A stretch of DNA of 64,000 nucleotides, from the NCBI GenBank assembly GCA_026707325.1, contig JAPOXA010000007.1, positions 20,775 to 84,774 of the forward strand. Reading direction: 5' to 3'. A program made the position numbers and the translations under genes. This document shows, in pieces, positions 9,078-17,700 of this stretch. Source of the stretch: Acidobacteriota bacterium. Its GTDB lineage: Bacteria > Acidobacteriota > Thermoanaerobaculia > Multivoradales > Multivoraceae. The number at the start of each line of letters is the position of its first letter. Positions within the stretch are counted from its first letter, which is position 1. The notes under the pieces were generated by a model, which did not search any database, had not been told where the DNA came from, and saw nothing but the letters and a program-made list of their open reading frames with translations.

Positions 9078-9593
9078 TTGCAGACCGGTCTCCGCGTCTC
9101 GCGGTTCGTGCCCGCTTGCCTCGCTCCTGTCGTGCTCGCAGCCGGCTGGGCCTGCGGGGTCGCTTCGAACCAGCCAGCCCTCGACGAGAACGACCTGGAA
9201 ACCGTAGCGGTGGGACAGCCGGCGGACTCGATTCTCAGGCCGGACGAGGACGTGCGGGAGCAGCGGGCGCCGGAGGCGGCGCTGCGAGGCCGCATCCCCG
9301 GCGCCTTCCCGGACGGCTTCCCCGTTCCGGACGCGTCCACGGTGGTCGACTTCGGCGACGTGGCGGCGGAAGAAGGCGAGGCGGTCGTAGCGGAGTACGT
9401 CGGCCTGCTCCTGCCGCTGGGTGCGCCGGCCGCCCGGGAGTGGCTGCTGCACGAAGCGCAGGCCGCGGGCTGGCGGGCGACGCTCGGCGAGACGATGACC
9501 TTCCGCCGCGGCGAAGAGTGGGTCGAGGTCGCGATTGCGCCGGGCGCGACGCCGGGCAACTCGGCGGCGCGGTTCGAGTACGCGAAGCCGTAG
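9078..9593 (+). CDS. Hypothetical exported protein or lipoprotein
   Basis: Hydrophobic N-terminus with lipobox-like GWAC; acidic body; same strand just after Rrf2. Confidence 0.55.
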   Translation: MQTGLRVSRFVPACLAPVVLAAGWACGVASNQPALDENDLETVAVGQPADSILRPDEDVREQRAPEAALRGRIPGAFPDGFPVPDASTVVDFGDVAAEEGEAVVAEYVGLLLPLGAPAAREWLLHEAQAAGWRATLGETMTFRRGEEWVEVAIAPGATPGNSAARFEYAKP

Positions 9594-9598
9594 CAAGG

Positions 9599-9621
9599 GA
9601 GGCCGAAGGCCTCGCTCCGCT
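9599..9621 (+). repeat. Partial REP-like element (3' hairpin only)
   Basis: GAGGCCGAAGGCCTCGCTCCGCT matches the tail of the copy at 12311-12382; lies between convergent genes. Confidence 0.55.
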
Positions 9622-9637
9622 GCCAGGGCGTTGGCTC

Positions 9638-10369
9638 CTACCGGGGCACGTAGTCGAGAACCTCCTCCAGCGAGCCGATATCGCCGGCCGCCGGGTTCAG
9701 CCACAACGCCTCGAGGCCGGCCGCAGCCGCTCCTTCGCGGTCCTCGATCTTCGCGTCGCCGACGTGGAGGACGGAGGCCGGCTGCAGTTCCAGTTCCCGG
9801 CAGACGGCCAGGAAGATCGGCTCGGCCGGCTTGGCCGATCCCACTTCCTCCGAGCAGACGACGGCGTCCAGGTAACGCTCGAGACCGAGGTTGGCCAGCA
9901 CTCGCGGCAGGCGCCGGTCCCAGTTACTGGTCACCGCGACGCGCAGGTCCCGGCGACGTAGCTCCGAGAGGACCTTCCGGCAGCCGGGCCGGAGTTCCCA
10001 GGCGTCGGCGCGTTCGAAGCGGGCGAAGAGCTCCGCGCCGGCGAAGGGTCCCGGCGCTTCCCGCTCGAGCAGAAGACACATGCGCTCCAGCAGATCGCCC
10101 CAGAAGCCGCGAGCCCCGTTCGGATGGCTGTTGTACCGGTCCTCGCCGCGGGCGAGGCGGCACTCGAACTCCTTCCAGGCGGTCAGGAAGCCCCGCTCGA
10201 TCTCGGCGGCGGAGAGTTCGAGACCGTGGCGGGCGAGGACCTCGGCGTAGATCTCGCCGCGCCGAGGGCAGGCGATCAGCGTTCCGGTCGCGTCCAGCGA
10301 GACGCCCCGGACCCGCGACAGGCCGTCGCGACGCGCGGCGACCGGACTCTCTCCCCGGCCCCCGTTCAA
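9638..10369 (-). CDS. HAD-superfamily hydrolase (HAD-IA/REG-2-like)
   Basis: SLDATGTLI, TSNWDRRL, EVGSAKP, LHVGD..DREGAAAAG; TTG start overlaps the NUDIX stop. Confidence 0.88.
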   Translation of the reverse strand: MNGGRGESPVAARRDGLSRVRGVSLDATGTLIACPRRGEIYAEVLARHGLELSAAEIERGFLTAWKEFECRLARGEDRYNSHPNGARGFWGDLLERMCLLLEREAPGPFAGAELFARFERADAWELRPGCRKVLSELRRRDLRVAVTSNWDRRLPRVLANLGLERYLDAVVCSEEVGSAKPAEPIFLAVCRELELQPASVLHVGDAKIEDREGAAAAGLEALWLNPAAGDIGSLEEVLDYVPR

Positions 10370-10932
10370 GAGAAACCGTACCGGCGGGCGAAGAAGTAGA
10401 AGGCCGTAACCACGAGGGAGTGGCTGATCTCGCCGCCGGCGATGCGCTCCGGAACTTCCCGCAGCGGCACGTGGACCACCTCCAGTTCCTCGCTTCCGTC
10501 GCCGACCGGGTCGCCGGTGTGGATCAGGTCGCGGGCCAGCCAGAGCGAGCAGACGTTGTCGAGAATCGCGGGGTTCGGTTCGACCTCGCCGAGCCGCTCG
10601 ACCGTTCCCGCCCGGTACCCGGTCTCCTCGTGAAGTTCCCGCGCCGCGGCGACTCCCCCATCCTCGCCCGGCTCGACGATGCCGCCGGGGATCTCCAGCG
10701 ACTCGGCGGCGCGGCCGAAGCGCCACTGGCGGATGAAGACAACCGTCGCGCCCTTGCCGTCCGCCCCGGGGTCCGCCTCGATCAGCGGGATCACGTTGAC
10801 CCAGTCCGCGGACCGCAGGACGACCGCCTGACGCCGGTCGGCGCCGGCGCGCAGCTCCTGCGCCTCGAGCTGCAGAAGAGGGTGGTCGAACTCGGTGCGC
10901 GCGGCCTCGACCTGCCAGGGACGGACCTTCAT
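10366..10932 (-). CDS. NUDIX hydrolase (ADP-ribose pyrophosphatase-like)
   Basis: Nudix box PGGIVEPGEDGGVAAARELHEETGY; IRQWRF. Confidence 0.9.
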   Translation of the reverse strand: MKVRPWQVEAARTEFDHPLLQLEAQELRAGADRRQAVVLRSADWVNVIPLIEADPGADGKGATVVFIRQWRFGRAAESLEIPGGIVEPGEDGGVAAARELHEETGYRAGTVERLGEVEPNPAILDNVCSLWLARDLIHTGDPVGDGSEELEVVHVPLREVPERIAGGEISHSLVVTAFYFFARRYGFS

Positions 10933-10946
10933 CCTGGCCTCAACCT

Positions 10947-11201
10947 TCAGTCCTCCCGCTCGAAGGGCGGACGGAGGTACTCGAAGCGCAGGACGCGAAT
11001 GGCCCGGCCGCTGAAGAAGATGAGGACCGCGACTCCCGCTCCGCTCGAGAGCGCCATCAGCCAACTGAACTCCCGCCAGAGCATGACGATCCCGATCGTG
11101 AGTCCGCCCACGACGATGGCCGCCGCGAGCAGGCGGCCGGCGGTCCGGTCGAACGTCGGCGGCCGGATGATCGGCGAGGCGTCGTCGGGGGTTTCCGGCA
11201 T
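10947..11201 (-). CDS. Small two-TM membrane protein
   Basis: 84 aa with two hydrophobic segments; fits the operon spacing. Confidence 0.6.
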   Translation of the reverse strand: MPETPDDASPIIRPPTFDRTAGRLLAAAIVVGGLTIGIVMLWREFSWLMALSSGAGVAVLIFFSGRAIRVLRFEYLRPPFERED

Positions 11202-11213
11202 CTCCCGGGGAGC

Positions 11214-12296
11214 TTATGCCGTGTCGAGTCTGGCCAGGCAGGCTGCCGCGACCCGGTCGGCATCGAGCCGCTCCATGCAGGCGAAGTCGCCGCGGCTGCA
11301 GGCGCGGCGCCAGCACGGCTGACAGTCCAGCGGCTGATCGAGTCGCACCGCGGCCGACCGGGGCCCGTAGGGACCGTTTCGGGCAGGATCGGTCGGGCCG
11401 AATACCGAAACGCAGGGCACGCCCAGCGCCGCCGCCAGGTGGGCGGGACCGGAGTCGCAGCCCAGGAACAGGGCCGCGCGCCGCAGCAGCGTCGCCAGTT
11501 CGCGGAGGTCGGTCGGCGGCGCCAGCAGGACGCGGCAGGCGTCCCCGGCGCCCGAGACGATCTCCTCGGCCGCCCGTCGCTCGTCTTCGCCTGCCCAGGC
11601 GACGACGACCGGCAGGTCGCGCTCGCTCCCGAGGCGCCGGACGACCGCCGCGAAGTGCCGCGGGGGCCAGTGCTTCGTGCGCCACACCGTTCCGGGCGAC
11701 ACCACCGCGTAGCGGCCGTCGCCCAGACCGTGGCTCTCGAGGAACGCGAGGGACGCGGGCTCGGCGTAGTCGGGCAGGCGCCACTCCACGTCCTGGCCGG
11801 CGTCTCCGGCGAGCCCGGAAGCGCGAAGCAGGCCGAGGTTGCGGTCGACGACGTGCCTCACATCCAGGTCGACGGCGAAGCGCCGGTTGAGAAACAGGGC
11901 ATTCAGCTCGCGGCTGCCCATCGCCGGCCCGCCGCGGAAGCCGACCCGCTCCCCGGCGCCGCTCCACCAGGCGACCAGGCCGCTCTTGGTGAGGCCCTGG
12001 ACGTCGAGCGCCGCGTCGTACCGGCAGCTCCTGAGTTCGCGGCGGAAGCGCCTGAGCGCGTCGAGATGGGCGCCGATGCCACGGGTCCGTCGCGGATACA
12101 GGTGGACGCGGTCGACGCCGGCATGGCCGCGCAGCAGGCTCGCGGCCGGTTCCTGGATGGCCCAGCCGATGAACGCTTCCGGATGGGCGCGACGGAGCGC
12201 CGACACCACCGGGGCGGCGTGGAGGCAGTCGCCGATCGCGGAAAGGCGCACGAGCAGGACGCGGAGCGGCCGGCCTGGTTTCTGCTCGCGGGTCAT
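11214..12296 (-). CDS. LPS heptosyltransferase (GT9, WaaC/WaaF-like)
   Basis: LLVRLSAIGD, DVQGLTKS, TKHWP, GCDSGPAHLAAALG, FGPTDP. Confidence 0.92.
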   Translation of the reverse strand: MTREQKPGRPLRVLLVRLSAIGDCLHAAPVVSALRRAHPEAFIGWAIQEPAASLLRGHAGVDRVHLYPRRTRGIGAHLDALRRFRRELRSCRYDAALDVQGLTKSGLVAWWSGAGERVGFRGGPAMGSRELNALFLNRRFAVDLDVRHVVDRNLGLLRASGLAGDAGQDVEWRLPDYAEPASLAFLESHGLGDGRYAVVSPGTVWRTKHWPPRHFAAVVRRLGSERDLPVVVAWAGEDERRAAEEIVSGAGDACRVLLAPPTDLRELATLLRRAALFLGCDSGPAHLAAALGVPCVSVFGPTDPARNGPYGPRSAAVRLDQPLDCQPCWRRACSRGDFACMERLDADRVAAACLARLDTA

Positions 12297-12310
12297 TCCG
12301 TCAGAGCATA

Positions 12311-12382
12311 AGCGGAGCAAGGCCTTCGGCCTCGCGCTCTTTCCTTCAGAAGGCCGGCGGGGACGCCGACGCACCCAGTGTG
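12311..12382 (-). repeat. REP/REPIN-like element, copy 4
   Basis: Minus strand CACACTGGGTGCGTCGGCGTCCCCGCCGGC...GCGAGGCCGAAGGCCTTGCTCCGC. Confidence 0.8.
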
Positions 12383-12413
12383 GACCGTCGACGGAGTCAC
12401 AGACTTGCAGCGG

Positions 12414-12422
12414 TGCTATCAT
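12414..12422 (+). promoter_or_regulatory. Putative extended -10 promoter (TGCTATCAT) of the tRNA cluster
   Basis: Followed by a GC-rich discriminator-like stretch; 16 nt before tRNA-Pro. Confidence 0.5.
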
Positions 12423-12438
12423 CCCGCGCCTTGCCTGT

Positions 12439-12512
12439 CGGGGCGTGGCGCAGTCTGGTAGCGCACCTGCCTTGGGCGCAGGGGGTCCTCAGTTCAAATC
12501 TGGGCGCCCCGA
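12439..12512 (+). tRNA. tRNA-Pro(TGG)
   Basis: CGGGGCG acceptor stem, anticodon arm CCTGC-CTTGGGC-GCAGG, T-loop GTTCAAATC; CCA not encoded. Confidence 0.96.
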
Positions 12513-12555
12513 TATCGCTCGCATGCTCAGGCCTCGGCTACCCTGTCGCTTTCGT

Positions 12556-12632
12556 CTGCCTGTAGCTCAGCTGGATAGAGCGGCGGCCTTCTAAGCCGCG
12601 GGTCGGGGGTTCGAGTCCCTCCAGGCAGGCCA
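12556..12632 (+). tRNA. tRNA-Arg(TCT)
   Basis: CTGCCTG/CAGGCAG stem, GCGGC-CTTCTAA-GCCGC, TTCGAGT, ends in CCA. Confidence 0.97.
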
Positions 12633-12663
12633 GATCGTTGAGAGTTCGGTTCGAGGATGTCTG

Positions 12664-12739
12664 GTGGATGTAGCTCAACCGGTAGAGCGCTTGATTGTGG
12701 TTCAAGTGGTTGGGGGTTCAAGTCCCCTCATCCACCCCA
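12664..12739 (+). tRNA. tRNA-His(GTG)
   Basis: G-1 at 12663, GTGGATG/CATCCAC stem, CTTGA-TTGTGGT-TCAAG, C discriminator plus CCA. Confidence 0.97.
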
Positions 12740-12766
12740 TCTCGACTCCGACATCGTCCCGTTCGC

Positions 12767-12843
12767 GCGCCCGTAGCTCAGCTGGATAGAGCGACGGCCT
12801 CCGGAGCCGTAGGTCAGGGGTTCGAATCCCTTCGGGCGCACCA
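12767..12843 (+). tRNA. tRNA-Arg(CCG)
   Basis: GCGCCCG/CGGGCGC stem, ACGGC-CTCCGGA-GCCGT, TTCGAAT, ends in ACCA. Confidence 0.97.
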
Positions 12844-12847
12844 CGAT

Positions 12848-12921
12848 GGAGCCGATCCTTCGGATCGGCGCGTCTTCTGGCCGCCCGCGGCGGCGGCGGG
12901 TCAGACGACCCACGCACCCAG
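12848..12921 (-). repeat. REP/REPIN-like element, copy 5 (variant stems)
   Basis: Minus strand CTGGGTGC-GTGGGTC-GTCT-GACCCGC..GCCGCC-GCG-GGCGGC..GCCGATCC-GAA-GGATCGGC-TCC; same architecture with compensatory stem changes. Confidence 0.75.
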
Positions 12922-12928
12922 CAGGACC

Positions 12929-15262
12929 TCAAAGCACTTCGAGCGGGGCGAAGCGGCGGACGAGCTTCCGCTTGCCGGCCTTGTCGAAAAAGACGGTCAG
13001 CTTCGCGTTCTCGCCGTCTCCGTCGAGCTGCAGGACGACGCCCTTGCCCAGGGTCGCATGGCGAACGACGGCGCCGGGTCGAAGCACGCCGGCAATCCGT
13101 TCGCTCGGCGGTTTCCTTGCCGGCATGGCGCTGGTGTCTCGCGCTGCCCGGAAGGACGCACCTCCGCCGGCGCGGTCGCCGCCGAAGTAGCTGCGCACGC
13201 CGGCGGTCCGCGGGCCGCCCCAGAGTTCCGTGCTGCGCGTGGTTTCGACGAGTTCCTCCGGCAGGTCGGCGAGGAAGGGCGACGGCTGCTGGTCCTGGAA
13301 CTGTCCGGCGACCATCCGGCGGCGGCAGCCGCTGAGGAACAGCCGCTGCTCGGCCCGGGTCATGCCGACGTAGAACAGCCGCCTCTCCTCCTCGATGTCG
13401 CGGGCCGCGAAGCCGGCGTGGAAGTGCGGGAGCAGGCCGTCCTCGAGACCGGTGACGAAGACGGCCGGATACTCGAGGCCCTTGGCGCTGTGCAGGGTCA
13501 TCAGGGCGACGCCCAGCTCGGCGTTCAGGCCGTCCGTGTCGCTGACCAGGGAGACGTAGTCCAGGAAGTTCACGAGGGGACTGACGGCTGGCTCCGCCGC
13601 GTCCGACCCGTCGTCGAAGAGGGGCGCCTCGCCGGTATCCGTGCCCTCCCCGTCGCCGGGAACGGCGGCGGTCCTCGCCGGAACGCCGCTCAGACCGTGC
13701 AGGGTCTCGAAATCGTGGGCCGAAGACACGAGCTCGTTCAGGTTCTCCAGCCGTTCCTGGGCCTCCTCGTCGCCCTTGCCGTAGAGCGCCTCGAAGCCGG
13801 CGGCGACGATCGTGCCCCGCACGAGTTCGGCCAGGGGCTGGCGTTCCGCCTCCCCGCGCAGCGCCTCGATCAGGCCCTTGAAGTTCCGGACCGCTCGCAG
13901 GCTGCGGGCCGGCAACTCCTGCAGGGGGTCGAGGCGGATCGCGTCCCACAGGGAGTTGCCCATTTCGGCGGCGCGCTCGAGCAGCACCTGCTCTGTCCTG
14001 CCGCCGATGCCCCGCCGCGGCTGGTTCAGGATCCGGCGCAGGGAGAGGTTGTCCTGCGGGTTGGCGATGACCCGCAGGTAGGCGATCAGGTCCTTCACCT
14101 CGGCGCGCTCGTAGAAGCGGATGCCGGCGACCAGGCAGTAGGGGATCTCGTTGCGCAGCAACTGGTCCTCGATGGCCCGGGTCTGCGCGTTCGTCCGCAC
14201 CAGCACGGCCATGTCCCCGAACTCGAAGCCCTCCGTGCGCAGTTCCGCCAGCCGCCCGACGACCCAGCGCGCCTCGTCCTCGTGGTCGCCGGCGTAGAAG
14301 AGCTCCAGGGAGTCGCCGGCGCCCTTGTCCGTCCACAGGGTCTTGCCCCGGCGCTGTTCGTTGCGGGAGATGACGGCGCCCGAAGCATCGAGGATGTTCT
14401 GGGTCGAGCGGTAGTTCCGCTCCAGCTTGCGGACGCAGCCGCCCGGGAAGTGCTTCTCGAACCGCAGCAGGTTGTCGAGTTCGGCCCCGCGCCAGCCGTA
14501 GATGCTCTGGTCCTCGTCGCCGACCGCGGTCAGGCCCGAGACGGTACCGTCCGGGTCGATCACCAGGTTCTTGACCAGTTCCAGTTGGGCCGCGTTCGTG
14601 TCCTGGAACTCGTCGACGAGCAGGTGGCGGAACCGTCCCCTGACCTGCGCGCCGACCTCCTCGTCGTCACGCAGGAGGCGTACGGCGAGCGCGATCAGAT
14701 CGTCGAAGTCGACGCCGCCGGTTCGGCGCAGCTCGGCCTGGTAGCGGCGGAACACGAGCGCGACGTGACGGTCGAAGAAGTCCTCGGCCTCCTTCTCGAA
14801 CGCGGGCGGCGTCAGCAGGCGGTTCTTCGCCCCGCTGATCCGCCCCTGGACCGCGCGCGGCTGGAACGCCTGTTCGTCGAGGTTCTCGGCCTTGAGCGAC
14901 GCCTTGATCAGCCGCAACTGGTCCGGCGCGTCGACGATCGCGAAGTCCGGCCGCAGACCGACCCGGTCGCCGTAGCGCCGTAGCAGACGGACGCAGAAAC
15001 GGTGGAAGGTGCCGACGAAGACGCTGGCATTGCCGCCGACCAGGTCGAGCGCCCGCCCGCGCATCTCGTCCGCTGCCTTGTTGGTGAAGGTGACGGCCGC
15101 GATCCGCCACGGCTCGACGTTCCGCTCGGCGATCAGCCAGGCGATCCGGTAGGTGATGACCCGCGTCTTGCCCGATCCGGCGCCGGCGACGACGAGCAAC
15201 GGGCCGCCGTCGTGGGTGACCGCCGCGAGTTGTTCCGGGTTCAGGCGGGAACGGAAGTCCAC
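12929..15262 (-). CDS. uvrD: ATP-dependent DNA helicase UvrD/PcrA
   Basis: LNPEQ, AGAGSGKTRV, TFTNKAA, VDEFQDTN, VGDEDQSIYGWRGA, LERNYRS, TLHSAKGLE, EERRLFYVGMTRA. Confidence 0.96.
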   Translation of the reverse strand: MDFRSRLNPEQLAAVTHDGGPLLVVAGAGSGKTRVITYRIAWLIAERNVEPWRIAAVTFTNKAADEMRGRALDLVGGNASVFVGTFHRFCVRLLRRYGDRVGLRPDFAIVDAPDQLRLIKASLKAENLDEQAFQPRAVQGRISGAKNRLLTPPAFEKEAEDFFDRHVALVFRRYQAELRRTGGVDFDDLIALAVRLLRDDEEVGAQVRGRFRHLLVDEFQDTNAAQLELVKNLVIDPDGTVSGLTAVGDEDQSIYGWRGAELDNLLRFEKHFPGGCVRKLERNYRSTQNILDASGAVISRNEQRRGKTLWTDKGAGDSLELFYAGDHEDEARWVVGRLAELRTEGFEFGDMAVLVRTNAQTRAIEDQLLRNEIPYCLVAGIRFYERAEVKDLIAYLRVIANPQDNLSLRRILNQPRRGIGGRTEQVLLERAAEMGNSLWDAIRLDPLQELPARSLRAVRNFKGLIEALRGEAERQPLAELVRGTIVAAGFEALYGKGDEEAQERLENLNELVSSAHDFETLHGLSGVPARTAAVPGDGEGTDTGEAPLFDDGSDAAEPAVSPLVNFLDYVSLVSDTDGLNAELGVALMTLHSAKGLEYPAVFVTGLEDGLLPHFHAGFAARDIEEERRLFYVGMTRAEQRLFLSGCRRRMVAGQFQDQQPSPFLADLPEELVETTRSTELWGGPRTAGVRSYFGGDRAGGGASFRAARDTSAMPARKPPSERIAGVLRPGAVVRHATLGKGVVLQLDGDGENAKLTVFFDKAGKRKLVRRFAPLEVL

Positions 15263-15266
15263 GCCG

Positions 15267-16553
15267 TCACCGGGGGCGGCGCTTGATGTTCTTCTGTCGC
15301 GCGCGCCCAACCGCGAGCGACTCTTCGGGCACGTCCTTCGTGATCACCGATCCGGCGCCGGTGTAGGCGCCGGCGCCGACCTCGACCGGCGCCACCAGGA
15401 TGCAGTCGCTGCCGACGAACGCACCCTCGCCGATCACCGTCCGGCTCTTCTTCTTGCCGTCGTAGTTGCAGGTGATGACCCCGGCGCCGATGTTGGCGCC
15501 GGCGCCCACCGAGGCGTCGCCAAGATAGGCGAGATGGGACGCCTTGACGCCGGGACCCAGCGTCGCCTTCTTGACCTCGACGAAGTTGCCCACCTTGGCG
15601 CCGTCCTCGAGCACCGCCTCCGGGCGCAGACGGGCGAAGGGGCCGATCGTGCAGTCGGCGGCGACGCGCGCGCCATCGAGCACCGAGTAGGGCAACACCT
15701 CGACGCCGTCGGCGAGGACGCTGTCGCGGATCCAGGCGCCGGCGTGGACAGTGCAGCCGCTCCCCAGGCTGGTGGCGCCGAGCAGGGTGACGTTGGGATG
15801 CAGTATCGAGTCGGCGCCGACCGTCACGCCGGCATCGATCCAGACGCTCTCCGGGTCGAGGACGGTGACGCCCGCGGCAAGCAGGGCATCGACGCTGCGC
15901 CGGTAGAAGACGCGCTGAACGGCCGCGAGCTCCGCCCGCGAGTTGACTCCCAGCACCTCCGAGGCGTCCTCGACCCGGACCGCCGCCACCGGCTGCTCGC
16001 GAGCCGCGGCCGAGACGGCATCCGTCAGATGGAACTCGCCCCCGGCGCTGCCGGCGTCGACCTTCTCGAGCCAGTCGAAGATCTCCGGAACGGGAAGCGC
16101 ATAGTGGCCGGCGTTGACCGTACGAAGCACGAGCGTGTCGTCGTCGGCGACCGCAACACTGCCCCAGCCGGCGCCGGCGGCATCGAGCAGGGCTCGCAGG
16201 GTTTCCGGGCGCACCAGGGGCGCGTCGCCCGAGAGGACCAAGGCGAGTCCCTCGGAGCGCAGGGACTCGCGAGCCATCGACAGCGCGTGTCCCGTGCCCC
16301 GCTGCTCCGGCTGCTCCACCCAAACGATGTCGCCCGCGCCCGCGTCCTCGCTTTCGAGCACCGACCGGATCTCGTCCGCGTCGCTGCCTGCAACGACGCA
16401 GATCGGAGCGCAGCCCGCCTCGCGCGCGGCCCGCACGACCCAGGACACGAGCGGCTTGCCGCCCACCCGGTGAAGGACCTTCGGCTGTTCCGAACGGAGA
16501 CGCTTGCTGTGACCGGCGGCGAGGACGACCGCCGCGGCGGTGCCGGACGTCAT
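15267..16553 (-). CDS. glmU: GlmU-like protein with an internally deleted uridyltransferase domain
   Basis: LAAGHSKR..PKVLH, EQRGTGHA, GDAPL; hexapeptide domain GPFARLRP, GNFVEVK, HLAYLGD, NYDG. Confidence 0.9.
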   Translation of the reverse strand: MTSGTAAAVVLAAGHSKRLRSEQPKVLHRVGGKPLVSWVVRAAREAGCAPICVVAGSDADEIRSVLESEDAGAGDIVWVEQPEQRGTGHALSMARESLRSEGLALVLSGDAPLVRPETLRALLDAAGAGWGSVAVADDDTLVLRTVNAGHYALPVPEIFDWLEKVDAGSAGGEFHLTDAVSAAAREQPVAAVRVEDASEVLGVNSRAELAAVQRVFYRRSVDALLAAGVTVLDPESVWIDAGVTVGADSILHPNVTLLGATSLGSGCTVHAGAWIRDSVLADGVEVLPYSVLDGARVAADCTIGPFARLRPEAVLEDGAKVGNFVEVKKATLGPGVKASHLAYLGDASVGAGANIGAGVITCNYDGKKKSRTVIGEGAFVGSDCILVAPVEVGAGAYTGAGSVITKDVPEESLAVGRARQKNIKRRPR

Positions 16554-17050
16554 CCTCCGTCGCTGTGGTCATGGACGAGGCTGAGGAAGCGCTCGTCTTC
16601 GTTGAGGGATTCGAAGTCCGTGTCGTGAAAGGCCCGCACCCGGTTCGTCGGATCCAGTTCGACCGCCTTCGCGAGCGAATCGAGCGCGGACTCCGATTCG
16701 CCCAGCAGGGCGCGGATACAGGAAGCAAGGTAGACGAAGCGACCGTCCCTGGTGCGCGATCCCGCCGTACAGATCTTCAGGGCGCCCTCCAGGTCGCCGT
16801 CGTTCCGGGCCATGACCGCCTCGATGAACGCGTCGCCGCCCTTCCCGTCCTTCGACGCTTCGGCCCGGCCGCATGCCGTGAGGTAGTCCCTGGCGCGGCT
16901 CGTGAGCCGGCTCTCCGCCCCCGCGGCGATCACCGCCTCGAACTCGGCCCGGGCTTCAGGGACCCGATCCCCGTGGAACAGCTCGATCCCGGCTTCGAGT
17001 TTCTTCAACGCGGCGACCGCCGCCTCCGACCCAGCCCCGCTGCTCGCCAT
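16550..17050 (-). CDS. TPR-like protein
   Basis: Helical repeats; YLASCIRALLG..LAKAVELDP..AFHDTDFESL C-terminal motif. Confidence 0.75.
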   Translation of the reverse strand: MASSGAGSEAAVAALKKLEAGIELFHGDRVPEARAEFEAVIAAGAESRLTSRARDYLTACGRAEASKDGKGGDAFIEAVMARNDGDLEGALKICTAGSRTRDGRFVYLASCIRALLGESESALDSLAKAVELDPTNRVRAFHDTDFESLNEDERFLSLVHDHSDGG

Positions 17051-17134
17051 CCACTACCTCCGACTCGACGCCTGCCGACCATTCGGCCTACCGACCACTC
17101 GGAACGCGCAACCCTAGCGCAGAATTGGCGCCTC

Positions 17135-17698
17135 CTACAGCGGAATGTAGTCCTCGCGGAGCAGCGCGTACAGGTAGTGGTCGGTGCGGCGGCCCTGCAG
17201 CACGAAGTAGGAACGGAGCCTGCCTTCGCGCACGAACCCCAGCTTCTCCAGCACCCTGCGGGAGGCGTCGTTGTCGATCGCGCAGCGGGCCTCGAGGCGC
17301 TCAAGCGGCGTACGCAGCAGGAGCTCGGGCAGCAACTGGCCGAGCGCGGCGGTCATCATGCCGCGACCGTGGTGCCGCGTCGCGAGCGCGTAGCCGAGTT
17401 CGCCCAGGCCGTGCTCCCAGTTCACGACCGCCAGCGTGATCCAGCCCGAGCGCTCGCGGTCGGTTTCGATCATCCAGGTGTAGCGCTCGCCGCGACCGCG
17501 GTAGAGGTCCCTGGGGCGCTGCGCCGCAAGGTCCGCGCGCAGCCTGGCGACGGACACGTTGTGGAGTGGCTGGTAGCGGCGCACGGCGGGTTCGGCGCGC
17601 CAGCGACGGAGGAACGCCGCATCCGAAGGCCGCGCCGGCCGAACGACGACGTCGATCGCGGGAGGAGGCAGTGGATGACGTGTCAGGGGGCTGGTCAT
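17135..17698 (-). CDS. GNAT N-acetyltransferase (RimJ/RimL-like)
   Basis: ELGYAL..HHGRGMMT..NDASRRVLEKLGFVREGRLR. Confidence 0.9.
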   Translation of the reverse strand: MTSPLTRHPLPPPAIDVVVRPARPSDAAFLRRWRAEPAVRRYQPLHNVSVARLRADLAAQRPRDLYRGRGERYTWMIETDRERSGWITLAVVNWEHGLGELGYALATRHHGRGMMTAALGQLLPELLLRTPLERLEARCAIDNDASRRVLEKLGFVREGRLRSYFVLQGRRTDHYLYALLREDYIPL

Positions 17699-17700
17699 CG

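Noticed and set aside
12297-12422. Repeat translated as an N-terminal extension of the heptosyltransferase
   Set aside because: ATG 12296 gives a normal GT9 N-terminus, so the repeat is more simply intergenic.
12439-12930. tRNA cluster as an island or prophage integration site
   Set aside because: No integrase and no duplicated tRNA 3' end; flanks are housekeeping genes.
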